A stretch of DNA of 63,955 nucleotides, counting the filler, from Craspedostauros australis (taxonomy: Eukaryota): the NCBI GenBank assembly GCA_030167865.1. It is 7 parts of 7 records of this genome, joined end to end, with 100 filler letters (N's around TTAATTAATTAA, not from the genome) between each part and the next. Parts side by side here need not be neighbours in the genome. Positions count along the whole stretch, not along the records: positions 1 to 26,783 come from JALAGF010005337.1; positions 26,884 to 31,394 come from JALAGF010005340.1; 5 more parts are not named here. One strand, written 5' to 3'. Both the position numbers and the translations under genes were made by a program. Positions 19,071-31,494 of this stretch are shown in pieces. Position 1 is the stretch's first letter. Each line of letters starts with the position of its first letter. The notes under the pieces were generated by a model. It saw nothing but the letters and a program-made list of their open reading frames with translations. It ran no database searches and was not told the DNA's origin.

Positions 19071-21179
19071 GTTGCTCAACTCTCTGGGGAGTATAACTAT
19101 GAATTTGGAGTATGAACTTGGAGTATGAGTGCGATGGATTGTGTTGAGTCGATTAAAGTTGAGTTGAGTTGAGTTAGCAGAGTGCAGCAGAGTACAGCGG
19201 GGCAGGGTGAAGTACGTTGCTAATCGAGTTGAGTTGGGTAGAGTGGAGTAGAGTAGAGTAGAGTAACTGCCCTCGAAGTCTCTTGTGCACTTGATTGATC
19301 GATTGACGTTGCGTTGATTGATGAATGGTTGATTGATGAATGGTTGATTGATGAATGGCTGATTGGTGACTGGTTGATTGGGTTGGAGTGAGTGTGAATT
19401 TCGTCAAGCAATGTTGATGTTGCTGATGTTGTTGTTGCTGATGGTGGCACTGTCGATAATCTCTGGAGAGAGAGAGATCCGTTGCGATGGACAAAACTTC
19501 CTTCGATGTGATGATCGCAGCGATCCTTGCAGAGTATTATACTTCAGTTGTGTTCGCGTCGGTGGGCGGAACAATGATTCTTGAGCAACTGGTTGGCGTC
19601 CTTGTCCGCGTTGCTGTGGATGATGTGGATGATGTTGGTGTTGCTGATGTTGTCGTCTTTCGGTGTGAGTGGGGGCACCTCTCTCGTTATCTGTCCTCTC
19701 TGTTGTTGTTCTGTTGGTATCTGTTGCCTCCTCCCTGTTGGTCCATCGTGTCCTCTCTGTCCGCAGCGCTGTCGCTGGTGGTATCCGCTCTCCGTCTCTC
19801 CTTTGTCGTTCATCCTCCCTTCTTCGCAACAGCGCAGCTCATTGCAGCATCTCGGGAGTTGTCAGGTGCATCCATCATTGGTTCCGATGATCGATGAGGA
19901 TGATGGCGTGCGTATTCGTTGAAAAATTCAGTTGTGAGGTGTCACACGCATGTCTCCAACGTCGCATTGGATTCGAAAAGTAACCGTTGCTAATGATAAT
20001 ATTCATGCTTGAATATAATTCAAAGATCAATCGGTCATTGATGTAGATAGTGAAACGAAAGTAGATTCGAACACGTGATTCATTGTTGGAACGAGTCGTG
20101 CAAACAACAAGAGCCGAAATAGCGCGCAGTCCCCAACGAGCTTTTAGCGACACGCAACGACACAAACGGTGTTCTGGTGGTACCAAAGCGTGGCTGGCTC
20201 GTGGTGGATGATGCCGTTGTGACACAAACGCGTCATGTCGATATTTATCATTGTTAGTTGTTGCGCACGCAGGCGGCGAATACGAGTTGTACAATGTCGA
20301 TGTGACGTCACGAAGGGGAAATACGATCACAGTCGAGCAAAAAGACCCTCGGATTAACAGTTGCGCGGATTTGTTGTTGTGGCGGAGAAAGCCCGACCGA
20401 AGCGGCAGAGAGACAAAACGCAAGGTCGCACTGATGGGGACGGAAGCACGGCGCCAACAGCTACTCCGAAAACCACAAGGAGAGCGACAGCAACGAGAGT
20501 TGGAACAAGAAGAGCGCGATGGTGTGTGTGCGAACAAGGGAGATTCACAACCGAGGCACCACCCAACACTCTCACACCCCATCCACACCCTTGACAAGAA
20601 GCATCCTCGCAACATACTCATGCTCGTACTTGTGCTTGTGCTTGCAGCGGTGGAGACTTGAAGCAAGGCAACAACAGAGCAACAACAGAGCAACAACAGA
20701 GCAACAACAACAACGCAGCATCTTTCTCTCTTGTCTTGAAACACGGCACGAAACACAACGTGAAAGACAACACGCTCACTCAACACCGCAGGCACTTTTC
20801 TTCCGTCGTGGATTGAGAACCACCGACGGCCATTTCCTCTGGCAGGCGCAACAATCGCAGCAACGAGACCATCATCAACATCAACCACATTGTGTATCGC
20901 ATCGCATCACATCACCCCGTTGCCTCAAGAATCACTGGAGAGAGAGAGAGAGAGAGAGAGTAGATCCACCACTGGACATTGGATACTGGATACTGCGCCA
21001 TCAGCAATCACGTTAGTCGCAATAGGCCGCCCACTCAACATTGAGCATTGAACGATTGAACGACTGAACGAAGCAACAGAGCGGATCATTCCCAAAACAA
21101 CACAATACAATACAACACAACACAATACAACAGAAGACAACACAACAGAAGACAACACAACAGAAGACAACACAAATCG

Positions 21180-22965
21180 ATGGAAGACAACAGATTCCCA
21201 TTCACCAGCAAGGCTTCACGGTCGTCCTCCTCCACGTCCGGCATTGAACGCAAGACCGGTCACCAGTACGGCCGCAACTCTGCGCCCTCACCAAGCTCCA
21301 TGTCGTCATCGGCAGCATCATCGCCCACCGGCTACGCCTCCGCCTACACCTCCAAGTACATGGACGACCTGGGCAGCAAGCAGCAGACCGTGTACGGCGA
21401 TGACAATGAGGCAGAGTTCTCTATGCACTCGCAGCAGGACTTCGACGCCGACATGGTGGACTCCATCAGTGCGAGGAGGGTGGTGGACAGCGACGAGGAG
21501 CCCTTCNNNNNNNNNNNNNNNNNNNNNNNNNNNNNNNNNNNNNNNNNNNNNNNNNNNNNNNNNNNNNNNNNNNNNNNNNNNNNNNNNNNNNNNNNNNNNN
21601 NNNNNNNNNNNNNNNNNNNNNNNNNNNNNNNNNNNNNNNNNNNNNNNNNNNNNNNNNNNNNNNNNNNNNNNNNNNNNNNNNNNNNNNNNNNNNNNNNNNN
21701 NNNNNNNNNNNNNNNNNNNNNNNNNNNNNNNNNNNNNNNNNNNNNNNNNNNNNNNNNNNNNNNNNNNNNNNNNNNNNNNNNNNNNNNNNNNNNNNNNNNN
21801 NNNNNNNNNNNNNNNNNNNNNNNNNNNNNNNNNNNNNNNNNNNNNNNNNNNNNNNNNNNNNNNNNNNNNNNNNNNNNNNNNNNNNNNNNNNNNNNNNNNN
21901 NNNNNNNNNNNGACCGATGGAGGCTTCGACGAGTTCACAGACGAGGACGACTCCATGCGAGACGACTCCTTTCGTGACGAATTCCGTTCCACATCTGACC
22001 AGCGCCCACGTGCGATCGGAACATCTCCCAACACCACCAACACCGCGCCGTCCAGGACGTCCCAGCCGGCCAGAGGCAGCCCCAACGCCTCCTCCAACGG
22101 GGGCTCGTCCTTCGGCTTCTCCGCCGCCAAGAGGATGTCCTCCATCCGCCAGGAAGGTGGATTGGAGCCAGTCGTCGAAGGCGAGGAGGGTGACGAGACG
22201 GAGCGACCATCCACCAGAACTGTCAACAAACGCAAGCCAGGCGAATTCGGTGCCCATTCCAATGGGGATTCCGGGATCTTCTCCTCCATGGTCTCCGCCA
22301 AAAATGACGGCACCCAGCGCACGGCCGCCACCTCCAATTCATCCAACAGCAACCATGGCAACCAGGACTCCACCAACTCCCTTTCCAAGGAATCCAACCA
22401 CAGCAATGTGGACATGGACATGGATGGTGAGGATCCAGCTTCCGCCAAAGACCCAACATCAACCTACATCTCCACATCCGCCAATCGCCTCATGAGCGGC
22501 AGTTCCGCTTCAGCCGGAGTGGTCTTGGACAAAAGCCAATCCACTCATTCCGCCATCCTCCTCAACGAGACCAACGACACCAANGAGGACATGCCCACCC
22601 AGCTCGTCTCGCGCACCAACTCCATCGAAATATCCATCACTCCCATGATTCCCACAACTGATCCGGAGCAAACCATCAATCAAGATCCACCGGTCAAGCA
22701 GCTCACGCGAAAAGAATCCATCGGACCCTCCAAGGGATCCAGCCAGCATCTCGATCCGAAGAACGTGGTCGAGCAGGACACCGGCAACACCACAAGCATG
22801 CATTCTGTCGACATTGAGGCACAGACGGCCACCACCGCCACCACAAAGCCGACGATGCAGCAGGAACCAGCACCGAACAAAAGCACCAACATGGTCCCCA
22901 TCGTCATCGTGGCTGTCCTCATCATCGGCGGTGGCATCGCAGCAGGCGTCGTGNTGGCGGGCTGA
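21180..22965 (+). CDS. Ser/Asp-rich disordered protein with C-terminal transmembrane anchor (interrupted by a sequence gap)
   Basis: Reading frames on both sides of the N gap 21507-21911. It ends in hydrophobic MVPIVIVAVLIIGGGIAAGVV. Confidence 0.65.
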
Positions 22966-23396
22966 AACATCAGTTTTGTTTTGCGACTCTCGCTGCCGAC
23001 GCCTCTGACTTTCGTTGACCGCAAGTCAAGCATGCCGATCGCCGGAGATAGAGTATCCCAAATAGTAGTATCGTATCATCGTGACTCTCGTTGCTTTGTT
23101 TGGTGTTGACGGTGTGTGGTTTCTTGTCGTTGCGGATGCATCACTGTTGTGGTCTTTGCAGGAACACGTACGGGAATACACATGGGTGCTACATACACAA
23201 ACTCGATTCGCTTGCAGTCAGTGGAGTTGGATGAGAGTAGTTGTCCTACAGTTGTTTAAGGTGATACAGTATCGCATCAATCATCGATACACCTTTCTTT
23301 GCTTTGTGAACACCAATCAGAAGCTCCGCCGCTTTCACGAGTGTGGCCAGTTGGCTGCCAATTTCATTGAAGGCCCATGATCTTATCGCTGCAGCG

Positions 23397-24755
23397 CTAT
23401 TTCTTCTGTCGTTTCCGATCATGAAGCTCGGCACGACGATCGTCCCATGTCTGTTTCAACATCTCACTGCACTGTAGCAGAAGATGGAAAGTCTCGTTCG
23501 TGGTACCCATTGGATCAATTCTACTCCGACGTTTGTTTGTTCTCATCAGCATCTTCCCAAACAGGGACAGCGGCCTCGACCATGTCGGAAGGGAACACAG
23601 CATTGATCTCATCTTGTTGCAATAATTTCGATGCAAGGTACGTTCAACAAGTGCATGGGACCAATGGTCATGTTTGTTGGGCAGGCTTGGATAAATGTCG
23701 AGATGGGTGAGTTGGGTAGTCTCCTCCAAGGCTTGCTCAAGTGCTTCCATTTGTGCTGGGAGGATCTCGGGCGGAACCTTAGGTATGCCAAGCTCCCCAT
23801 AGTAATGGCATGCCAGAGATGACAAGCTCTTGTTTCCCAGAAGCGATATCAAAGTGTCGAACCAGGTATCTGGCTCTTGTGGCCATGACTCGTACCAATG
23901 ATTGGAAACCTTGAGCTTCTTCAGGTGTGATGCATCTGAAAGGAGTTTGATCATCTGGTCGATTTCTTGTGGTGAGGAGAATTGTTGAGAGTTGTGGACC
24001 CGACAGAACATGATGCGGAGTTTGTTGATGCGCTTGTTTGACTGGAATAGCTTTGCCAAGGTATCACAAGTGATACGGGTGAATAAAATGGATACTTCGG
24101 TGATGCTGCAATTGTTTGGAGACAGCCATCTGCACAAATCAGCGCCCCCATTGGCGAGCTTGCAGGCGCTAAACACAACCCATTTCGAGTGTTGGGAGAT
24201 GTTGAACATGAGCTTGTCGCAATCAACAAGATCACATGAATACAAATTCACATAATGTGTCACAAGAGGGATATCGTGGAGCTGCTTCATCTTGGCGAAG
24301 CTCCGACTCAAGCGGATGCGTTCGGATGAAGATTCGGGTGGATGTTCAGCAGCCAATCGAACTACGAAGCGAATCGCTTGCTTGTCTTCTTCTCCAAATT
24401 GGTTGTCACAACCAAGTTCCAGATTCAGGGATCGAATACATATTATCCCGAATCCGTGGTGAAACGAACCGCTCAGTAAAATACAAGGTGATATTGCAAC
24501 GTACTCGTACCGCTGCTTCACCATCGATTTCAAGTCAGCAAAAGTGAATCCTGCTTCGATGGCCATGTCCCAGTATTCCATCCGCTTGGGTGTGACACTG
24601 TAGCAGTCGATCTGTTTTGCTCGTGGGTAGCGCAGAGCGAACACGGTCTTCGGTGGCAGCTCTTTTCCATGGAGTTGTTGCCAGAAAGTCTTGAAGTCTG
24701 GATCATGATGGCTGTTGGTATTGGTGTTGGTGACACCATCCATGTTGAAAGCCAT
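23397..24755 (-). CDS. Intronless hypothetical protein with degenerate leucine-rich (RNI-like) repeats
   Basis: 452-aa ORF with LxxLxL-like units (INKLRIM, LKKLKVS, LSSLACH, LTHLDIY). It appears more AT-rich than neighbouring genes. Confidence 0.65.
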   Translation of the reverse strand: MAFNMDGVTNTNTNSHHDPDFKTFWQQLHGKELPPKTVFALRYPRAKQIDCYSVTPKRMEYWDMAIEAGFTFADLKSMVKQRYEYVAISPCILLSGSFHHGFGIICIRSLNLELGCDNQFGEEDKQAIRFVVRLAAEHPPESSSERIRLSRSFAKMKQLHDIPLVTHYVNLYSCDLVDCDKLMFNISQHSKWVVFSACKLANGGADLCRWLSPNNCSITEVSILFTRITCDTLAKLFQSNKRINKLRIMFCRVHNSQQFSSPQEIDQMIKLLSDASHLKKLKVSNHWYESWPQEPDTWFDTLISLLGNKSLSSLACHYYGELGIPKVPPEILPAQMEALEQALEETTQLTHLDIYPSLPNKHDHWSHALVERTLHRNYCNKMRSMLCSLPTWSRPLSLFGKMLMRTNKRRSRIDPMGTTNETFHLLLQCSEMLKQTWDDRRAELHDRKRQKK

Positions 24756-25881
24756 CCTGCTATGTGTTGTCGATGCTGGTTATGGTGGGGACTGTCGATA
24801 GTATTGGTTGCACAGCAGCAGAGCAGGCAGAGTATGTGGTCCCAAATCAGTTGCGCTTGGATGGCGATTATGAGCTCATCTGCTGAAGTTTGCTGTCTTC
24901 CATTTCATGATCCTGTGCATTGATCACGAAGGGATCTACCATCAGTCAACACGCCTGCATGGACTTGCGCACTTCCACCAAGGTGTGTGGTGTGGTATGG
25001 CAGGGTACGACCGTGGATATTCACATCATGATCCGAAGCTGGCTAGCTCGCTCACACGATACGACCTTCGATGGTGCCCAACTTGGCCGCACTGTGCAGT
25101 TGTGCTTCTTCATGTGATACCATAGGTTGTGTAATATGAGTAGGCACATCCTTCTGTGATGGTCTTGGGGGAGTCAACCATTATGCCATACGAATGCATA
25201 CTATTATAGTAGTATGTACTTGGGCAGTTGGATGTCATCGAACGACCGCAATGGGTAGATCCACGATGTGACAAACCCACCATGACGACTTCTTCGGTCA
25301 ACATCAGAGGCGTTTCTCTTGTTTTGCCAAGGAGGATGATGGCGATGACGATGGTGACATCACTCGTGTTTCAATCGACAACAAACGTATCCAGGACTCA
25401 TCTCGCTTCACCCAATCGTCACGACCAACAATCAGTCGTGAATGAATCAACTATCAGTCCCGTGTGTCACCACAAACGATCGAGAACAGATTCGTCGCGA
25501 GACGATGGTGACGGTGGCCATGGTGGTGTTGCAGACATCGCTACAGAATACTGATGCAGATCGTCACAACCGCAATGCTCACATGACGATCACTGTCACC
25601 ATCAAGTGTCTATCCACAGAGCACGTACTACTATGCCAACACACACACTCTCTCTCTCTCTCTCTCTGCTTCTGGAGAGAGACTTCGAACGATGCCGGCT
25701 GGTTGATTTGGTTCCTCACTCATTGATCGCCCAACCACAGAGACAGCCACAACCAGAAGAATCGCAGCAACGGCAGCAATGGCAGCAATGGCATCGTTGA
25801 TGCATCAAAAGAGGATGATTGGTGTCATCTGCATCGCGTGCATGGTGGTGGCAACGGACTCACTGTCATCACCATCCCCGA

Positions 25882-26614
25882 CACTTTTCTTCCGTCGTGG
25901 ATTGAGAACCACCGACGGCCATTTCCTTTGACAGGCTCAACAATCACAACGGCGACACCATCATCAACATCAACCACATTGTTGTATCGCACTGCATCAC
26001 ATCGCATCACCCCGTTGCCTCAAGAATCACTGGACAGAGAGGGAAAGAGAGAGAGAGAGTAGATCCACCACTGGACATTGGACATTGGACATTGGATACT
26101 GGATACTGCGCCATCGGCAATCACGTTAGTCGCAATAGGCCGTCCATTCAACAATCGACATTGAGCATCGACCATTGAACGATTGAACGATTGAACGATT
26201 GGAGGATTGAACGAAGCAACAGAGCGGATCATTCCCAAAACAACCCAACCCAACCCAACACAATACAACAGAAGACAACACAAATCGATGGAAGACAACA
26301 GATTCCCATTCACCAGCAAGGCTTCACGGTCGTCCTCCTCCACGTCCGGCATTGAACGCAAGACCGGTCACCAGTACGGCCGCAACTCTGCGCCATCACC
26401 AAGCTCCATGTCGTCATCGGCAGCATCATCGCCCACCGGCTACGCCTCCGCCTACACCTCCAAGTACATGGACGACCTGGGCGGCAAGCAGCAGACCGTG
26501 TACGGCGATGACAATGAGGCAGAGTTCTCCATGCACTCGCAGCAGGACTTCGACGCCGACATGGTGGACTCCATCAGTGCGAGGAGGGTGGTGGACAGCG
26601 ACGAGGAGCCCTTC
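25882..26614 (+). repeat. Near-identical duplicate of 20793-21506 (upstream region plus 5' coding part)
   Basis: Direct alignment: 3 substitutions in the shared 327 coding nt, with indels in upstream microsatellites. Confidence 0.92.
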
Positions 26615-26783
26615 GACGAAGGCCTGGATGAAGGCCTGGACGACGACATTGACAGCGACAACAACAGCGACGACGATGAAGGTGCCGACGCCAACAGCTG
26701 CAGTCGCAGCCACAGTCGCAGCCAGAGTCACAACGTCAGCGCGGGTGCCGCCGCCAACACGCAGCAGATAGATGACGACATCC
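26288..26783 (+). CDS. 5' part of a second copy of the 21180 gene, truncated at the contig end
   Basis: Same MEDNRFPFTSK... sequence. It continues past the point where the first copy enters its gap. Confidence 0.65.
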
Positions 26784-26827
26784 NNNNNNNNNNNNNNNNN
26801 NNNNNNNNNNNNNNNNNNNNNNNNNNN

Positions 26828-26839
26828 TTAATTAATTAA
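26828..26839. other. Artificial contig linker TTAATTAATTAA (also 31439-31450, 50537-50548, 54938-54949, 57988-57999, 62358-62369)
   Basis: Identical 12-mer with stops in all six frames, each time embedded in N runs. Confidence 0.97.
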
Positions 26840-26883
26840 NNNNNNNNNNNNNNNNNNNNNNNNNNNNNNNNNNNNNNNNNNNN

Positions 26884-27687
26884 GGTGCATGGAGCGATAG
26901 AGAGTGATTGCGATGTCGAATATGCTTGTAAGCTTCACATATGATATCTGCGCGCAAGTATCAAAGGGCCCCTTCATGATCCAGCTGAGGAATCTTTGCT
27001 CATATCCTATTTCACCCGATACGACATCCGCGGCGTGTTCCTGATGCTCTGAGGATTAGTGTAGTCAGATACGACCAGGGACTTCGACCAACGGACATTT
27101 TGCATCCTTTGGAGATCCTGACTGCCATATCGGAAGTCGTTGGTGGTCTCCAATCACCCCAACATGCAATCGCAATAGTTCTGTGTAGACTGCGTGAAGA
27201 GCTTCTATTGGACAACAAACTGCTGATCTATCTCCATAATACGGTGATCAAGAGGTCTCTGCCATCGACATTGGCAACAGAGCCTTGAACAAGCCGTGAA
27301 TTAGCAGGGACGAAGTGCTTGCGCATCTGTTGCCGGACCTCTGTTAGTGGCAAAGTTGAGACAGAAGAGATGGCAACGAACCTCTCACAACACGAAACTC
27401 CTAAGAGGAGAAAGAGGGAGGTGCGTTGCGTACGACTCAGAGCACACCCATTAACGATCCTACCATCCTTTGGTCTCAACAAGTGATGCGATAACCTGCA
27501 ACGAAGCATTCAGATCATNNNNNNNNNNNNNNNNNNNNNNNNNNNNNNNNNNNNNNNNNNNNNNNNNNNNNNNNNNNNNNNNNNNNNNNNNNNNNNNNNN
27601 AGTCACGAGTACCAATGTGAAATCCGAACGTGAGTGCCACATGTGACATGAATGGAGGGGTGTGAATGTGAAATGCGATATCCCTCT
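26884..27687 (+). mobile_element. Partial non-autonomous DNA transposon (MITE), left end lost in a gap
   Basis: 26884-26938, about 27400-27518 and 27601-27687 match the copy at 28031-28422. It ends in AATGTGAAATGCGATATCCCTCT followed by ATT. Confidence 0.75.
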
Positions 27688-27733
27688 ATTCACGCCTGTG
27701 TGCCTGTGTGTGTTTGTGTTGCACACACACAAT

Positions 27734-28422
27734 AGGGGGATATCGCATTTCACATTGCGAGTCCCACGGTACAAAATAACCTGATAATGACATTTTTAGA
27801 GGGGCGACATGCGAACTTCCCCCTCGGAAAGTGAAACTCGATTGCGTTTTAGGAGCCAAAAACACAATTGAGTTTCACATTGCAGTCCCGGCAATCCAAC
27901 CTTCCACGTGTTGGAACGAAACCAACGACCAATCATTTCTCTTCATTTGCAGCAATGTTGAGTCGTCCTTGTCGTGCTGATGATATTTTTTTGAGATGCT
28001 AATGATGATGAAACTAGCATTCCGAACGAGGGGTGCATGGAGCGATAGAGAGTGATTGCGATGTCGAATATGCTTGTAAGCTTCACNNNNNNNNNNNNNN
28101 NNNNNNNNNNNNNNNNNNNNNNNNNNNNNNNNNNNNCTAAGAGGAGAAAGAGGGATGTGTGTTGCGTACAACTCAGAGCACACCCATTAATCATCCTATC
28201 AACCTTTGGTCTCAACAAGTGATGCGATAACATGCAAGGAGCATTCATATCAGAGCAGTCTAAACTAGAGCTCTATTCTACAGAAGAGAACCCGATTCAG
28301 TCATGTTGGTCGTCTTTCTGAGTAGGTCACGAACTAGTCACGAGTACCAATGTGAAATCCGAACGTGAGTGCCACATGTGACATGAACACAGGGGTGTGA
28401 ATGTGAAATGCGATAGGCCTCT
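27734..28422 (+). mobile_element. MITE with 23-bp imperfect TIRs and 3-bp AAT target-site duplication (PIF/Harbinger-like, tentative)
   Basis: Left TIR AGGGGGATATCGCATTTCACATT (27734-27756) matches the reverse complement of 28400-28422 at 20/23. AAT flanks both ends (27731-33, 28423-25). Confidence 0.8.
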
Positions 28423-28664
28423 AATGAGTCGAGTTGAACAAAGAAGATCTGACAACGTGCGTGAAGAGATGAACAAATGACACCATCCAGGCGCATGCAC
28501 AGTACCATCTCATCCTCCACTCGAAGGAAGACACAACAACAGAGACGAGGATGGTGGATAGACACCGTCCTTGAGCAAGGATCCATCCGATCGATAGTCG
28601 TACTTACTCTCTCTCGCTCTCTCTCTCTCGAGGAATAACGCAGCGTGCACACTCAATCGTCATC

Positions 28665-30806
28665 ATGGCGCACTGGTGGCTGGTGATTCTGCTTCTATTC
28701 GTCCCGCACACGTCCTCATTCCACCTTGGGCTGAGGCATGCAGCCGATCCGCCGTCGCCAGCAACATCGTCATCAGGAGCACCACCAGCAACAGCACTGC
28801 GATTGGTTGCCGATGACGACATCAGCGATGCTGAGCTCGAGGATGACCTGTTTGGCATGGACGAGGCTCATCAGTTCAGCGAGAAGATGCGGTCACAGCC
28901 GTGGCCACCACAGAAGCCACCGCGAACATCATCGACATCACCATCGCAACAGGAGACGCCACTCCCACGAAAGAAGTGGAAGAACAAGCGATATCTCATG
29001 ATGAAAGACGTCCAGGATGCCATTCGACGCAAGGATCGCAAGGCTCCGGAAAAGGCCAAGGCGCTGATCGAACGCATCGAGCGCATGCACGATCGGTACG
29101 ACATGGACGTGTTTTGGAAGCCCAACACGATGTCCTACAATCTGTGGCTGCATGCCTTGGCCAAGTCGGGACGTGCCAATGCGGGGAGATCGGCCGAGGA
29201 TGTGCTGCGTCAAATGGAAGCGGTGGGTGCGATTCCAGATCTCATCACGTATTCGACCGTGCTGGATGCTTACGCCAACTCGGAGGATTCGTCATCGGTC
29301 AAGGCCGAGGCCATGCTGAAGAAGCTGCTGGACGCCACGGCGCGCGAGACCAATGTCAAAGCGTCGACCGTCACGTGCGACACCATCCTCAACGTATGGG
29401 CCAAGGAGGGCACGCAAGAGGGCGCGGAACGAGCGCAGGATATGCTGTTCCGGTTGGAGACCTTGCAACGGGACGGAATCCGTCCGACCATCTATTCCTA
29501 CGCCACGGTCATCAATGCTTGGGCGGAGGTCGGAAGTCGGGATGCGGCCGAACAAGCCGAGTATTTGCTGGACCATGCCATCCGCAAGGCAATGGATGAG
29601 GCGAAGCGCAAGCCGAGGGGTAGGGATGAAGACGACGAACCGCTGCGTTTGGACACGACGACCTTCAATGCTGCCATCAAGGCGTGGGCCAATTCCAAGG
29701 ACCCGCAGGCAGGGTCCAAGGCGACCGCGCTGTTGCAGCGAATGGAGGAGCTGTCCAAGTCCGACGTTTCTGACATCCACAATGCCGTTCAACCAGATAT
29801 TGTGACGTACAACACGGTGCTGTCCACATGGAGCCATTGCGGGCACATGAACGCAGCATTGCAGGCCGAGAAGGTGCTCGCAGCAATGCAACGCAATGCC
29901 AAGCGTGGTAACGGCGCAACATCGGAGGCCAAAGTGCTGCCGGTCCCCAACACGATATCCTTCAACTCGGTGCTGCATGCCTGGTCAGTCTCGCCGCTGG
30001 AAGGAGCGGCCATCCGTGCGCAGAAGATTCTGGATTTCATGATCGTGTCATCACAGCGACAAGAGAAACGCCGTGACAGCAAGGCTGCGGAGAATGTGAA
30101 GCCGGACATCATCTCCTTCACTTCCGTCCTCAACGCGTGGGCCAAATCAAAGGAACCCTACAAGGCACGCAAGGCGCGCGATTTGTTGGATCGATTAGAG
30201 GTTCTGTGCGAGGACGAACGACAGCAGCAGCAGAAGAAGACAACCAACAAAGATAACGGCGCCGCTGGATCCTTGCAACCCACGGTGTTTGCGTACAACA
30301 CGGTTTTGAACGCCTGCGCATTCTCCGCTCTCGGAACGCAAGTCGACGAACAGCGCGATGCTTTACAAATCGCCGTCGGCACCTTCGGGCAGCTGCGACG
30401 CAGCGCCATCGCGCCGGACACCGTGACCTACGGCAACCTGCTCAAGTGCTTTGCCAACCTCATGCCAGCGGGCCAGAGACGCACCCAGATGGCGTTGCAA
30501 GTCTTCGACAAATGTCGCGAAGACGGCATGGTGGGCGCGTTGGCATGGAACGAACTGCGCCGCGCCGTGCCGAACCGGGCATTGGTGGATGCCCTGGAGC
30601 TGTCGCGGTTGCCACATGAGGTGCGGGATCTGCCGTGGCAATGGCGCAGGGCAAATCTGAAAGACAAGAACGCTCCGCAAAAGAAGCAGCAGCAGCAGAA
30701 GCGACAGCAGAAAGGGAAGAAGAACGAGGTAGGAACGAGGCAACGGGCGAGGCAGCGTGGATTCTTTGTGACGGAGTCAATGGCGGAATCTGGAAAGGAT
30801 CTGTAG
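28665..30806 (+). CDS. Pentatricopeptide-repeat protein, probably plastid-targeted
   Basis: Repeats PNTMSYNLWLHALAKSG, PDLITYSTVLDAYA, PDIVTYNTVLSTWS, PDIISFTSVLNAWAKS. Signal peptide followed by TSS-F (ASAFAP-like) and a Ser/Pro-rich transit region. Confidence 0.93.
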   Translation: MAHWWLVILLLFVPHTSSFHLGLRHAADPPSPATSSSGAPPATALRLVADDDISDAELEDDLFGMDEAHQFSEKMRSQPWPPQKPPRTSSTSPSQQETPLPRKKWKNKRYLMMKDVQDAIRRKDRKAPEKAKALIERIERMHDRYDMDVFWKPNTMSYNLWLHALAKSGRANAGRSAEDVLRQMEAVGAIPDLITYSTVLDAYANSEDSSSVKAEAMLKKLLDATARETNVKASTVTCDTILNVWAKEGTQEGAERAQDMLFRLETLQRDGIRPTIYSYATVINAWAEVGSRDAAEQAEYLLDHAIRKAMDEAKRKPRGRDEDDEPLRLDTTTFNAAIKAWANSKDPQAGSKATALLQRMEELSKSDVSDIHNAVQPDIVTYNTVLSTWSHCGHMNAALQAEKVLAAMQRNAKRGNGATSEAKVLPVPNTISFNSVLHAWSVSPLEGAAIRAQKILDFMIVSSQRQEKRRDSKAAENVKPDIISFTSVLNAWAKSKEPYKARKARDLLDRLEVLCEDERQQQQKKTTNKDNGAAGSLQPTVFAYNTVLNACAFSALGTQVDEQRDALQIAVGTFGQLRRSAIAPDTVTYGNLLKCFANLMPAGQRRTQMALQVFDKCREDGMVGALAWNELRRAVPNRALVDALELSRLPHEVRDLPWQWRRANLKDKNAPQKKQQQQKRQQKGKKNEVGTRQRARQRGFFVTESMAESGKDL

Positions 30807-31494
30807 GGTGTCTCGAGGCAGAGTACGCGTATGCAGTCGTAGTGGAGTGCGTATTGTATGTACCATACCATATAATAGGTCGTACGTATGATAGGTTGCG
30901 CGTAGGCGTCACGATAGGTTGTATAACATCAGGTTGAACGATTGAGTTGTGGTGACGGATGTTATCGGAGTGGGGGTGCTGCGATAGGATGGTCCCTTGG
31001 ATCACAGTCATAGTACTAGCTGCACTCAATGTAAAACGGTGTCGCGATATCACTAGTTGTGGAGTTTTGGCCCCTTGTTGCCACTGGTTTGCTTGCTTTT
31101 GGGAGAAACGGCGATTGGATATTTAGAGCTATTTCGTGTTTACTCTCGCTGATCCGTCTTCTACGTCACATGGAACGGATTCCACGTCATGAAAAACGAG
31201 TCACAACAGAGGAAGAGACATCGTGTGACTCTTCCTCTGCAAGACACGATGATGACTGCGCGCGGCAACAACAAAATTTGCCATGCCAGGACAGCCAACA
31301 ACACTCCACGTTGACCAGTCTCACAATGGAAACCAGCAACATCCAATCGTCTCGGAATTCGACGAAGCGCATTGACGAGCTGTCCGACGCAGACNNNNNN
31401 NNNNNNNNNNNNNNNNNNNNNNNNNNNNNNNNNNNNNNTTAATTAATTAANNNNNNNNNNNNNNNNNNNNNNNNNNNNNNNNNNNNNNNNNNNN

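Noticed and set aside
19140..21175. ORFs (e.g. 19875-20888) and short tandem repeats in the divergent intergenic region
   Set aside because: Microsatellite-rich UTR/promoter sequence giving low-complexity translations with no domain evidence.
31149..31394. Possible gene start running into the gap (METSNIQSS...)
   Set aside because: Too short and truncated by the contig end; no motif.
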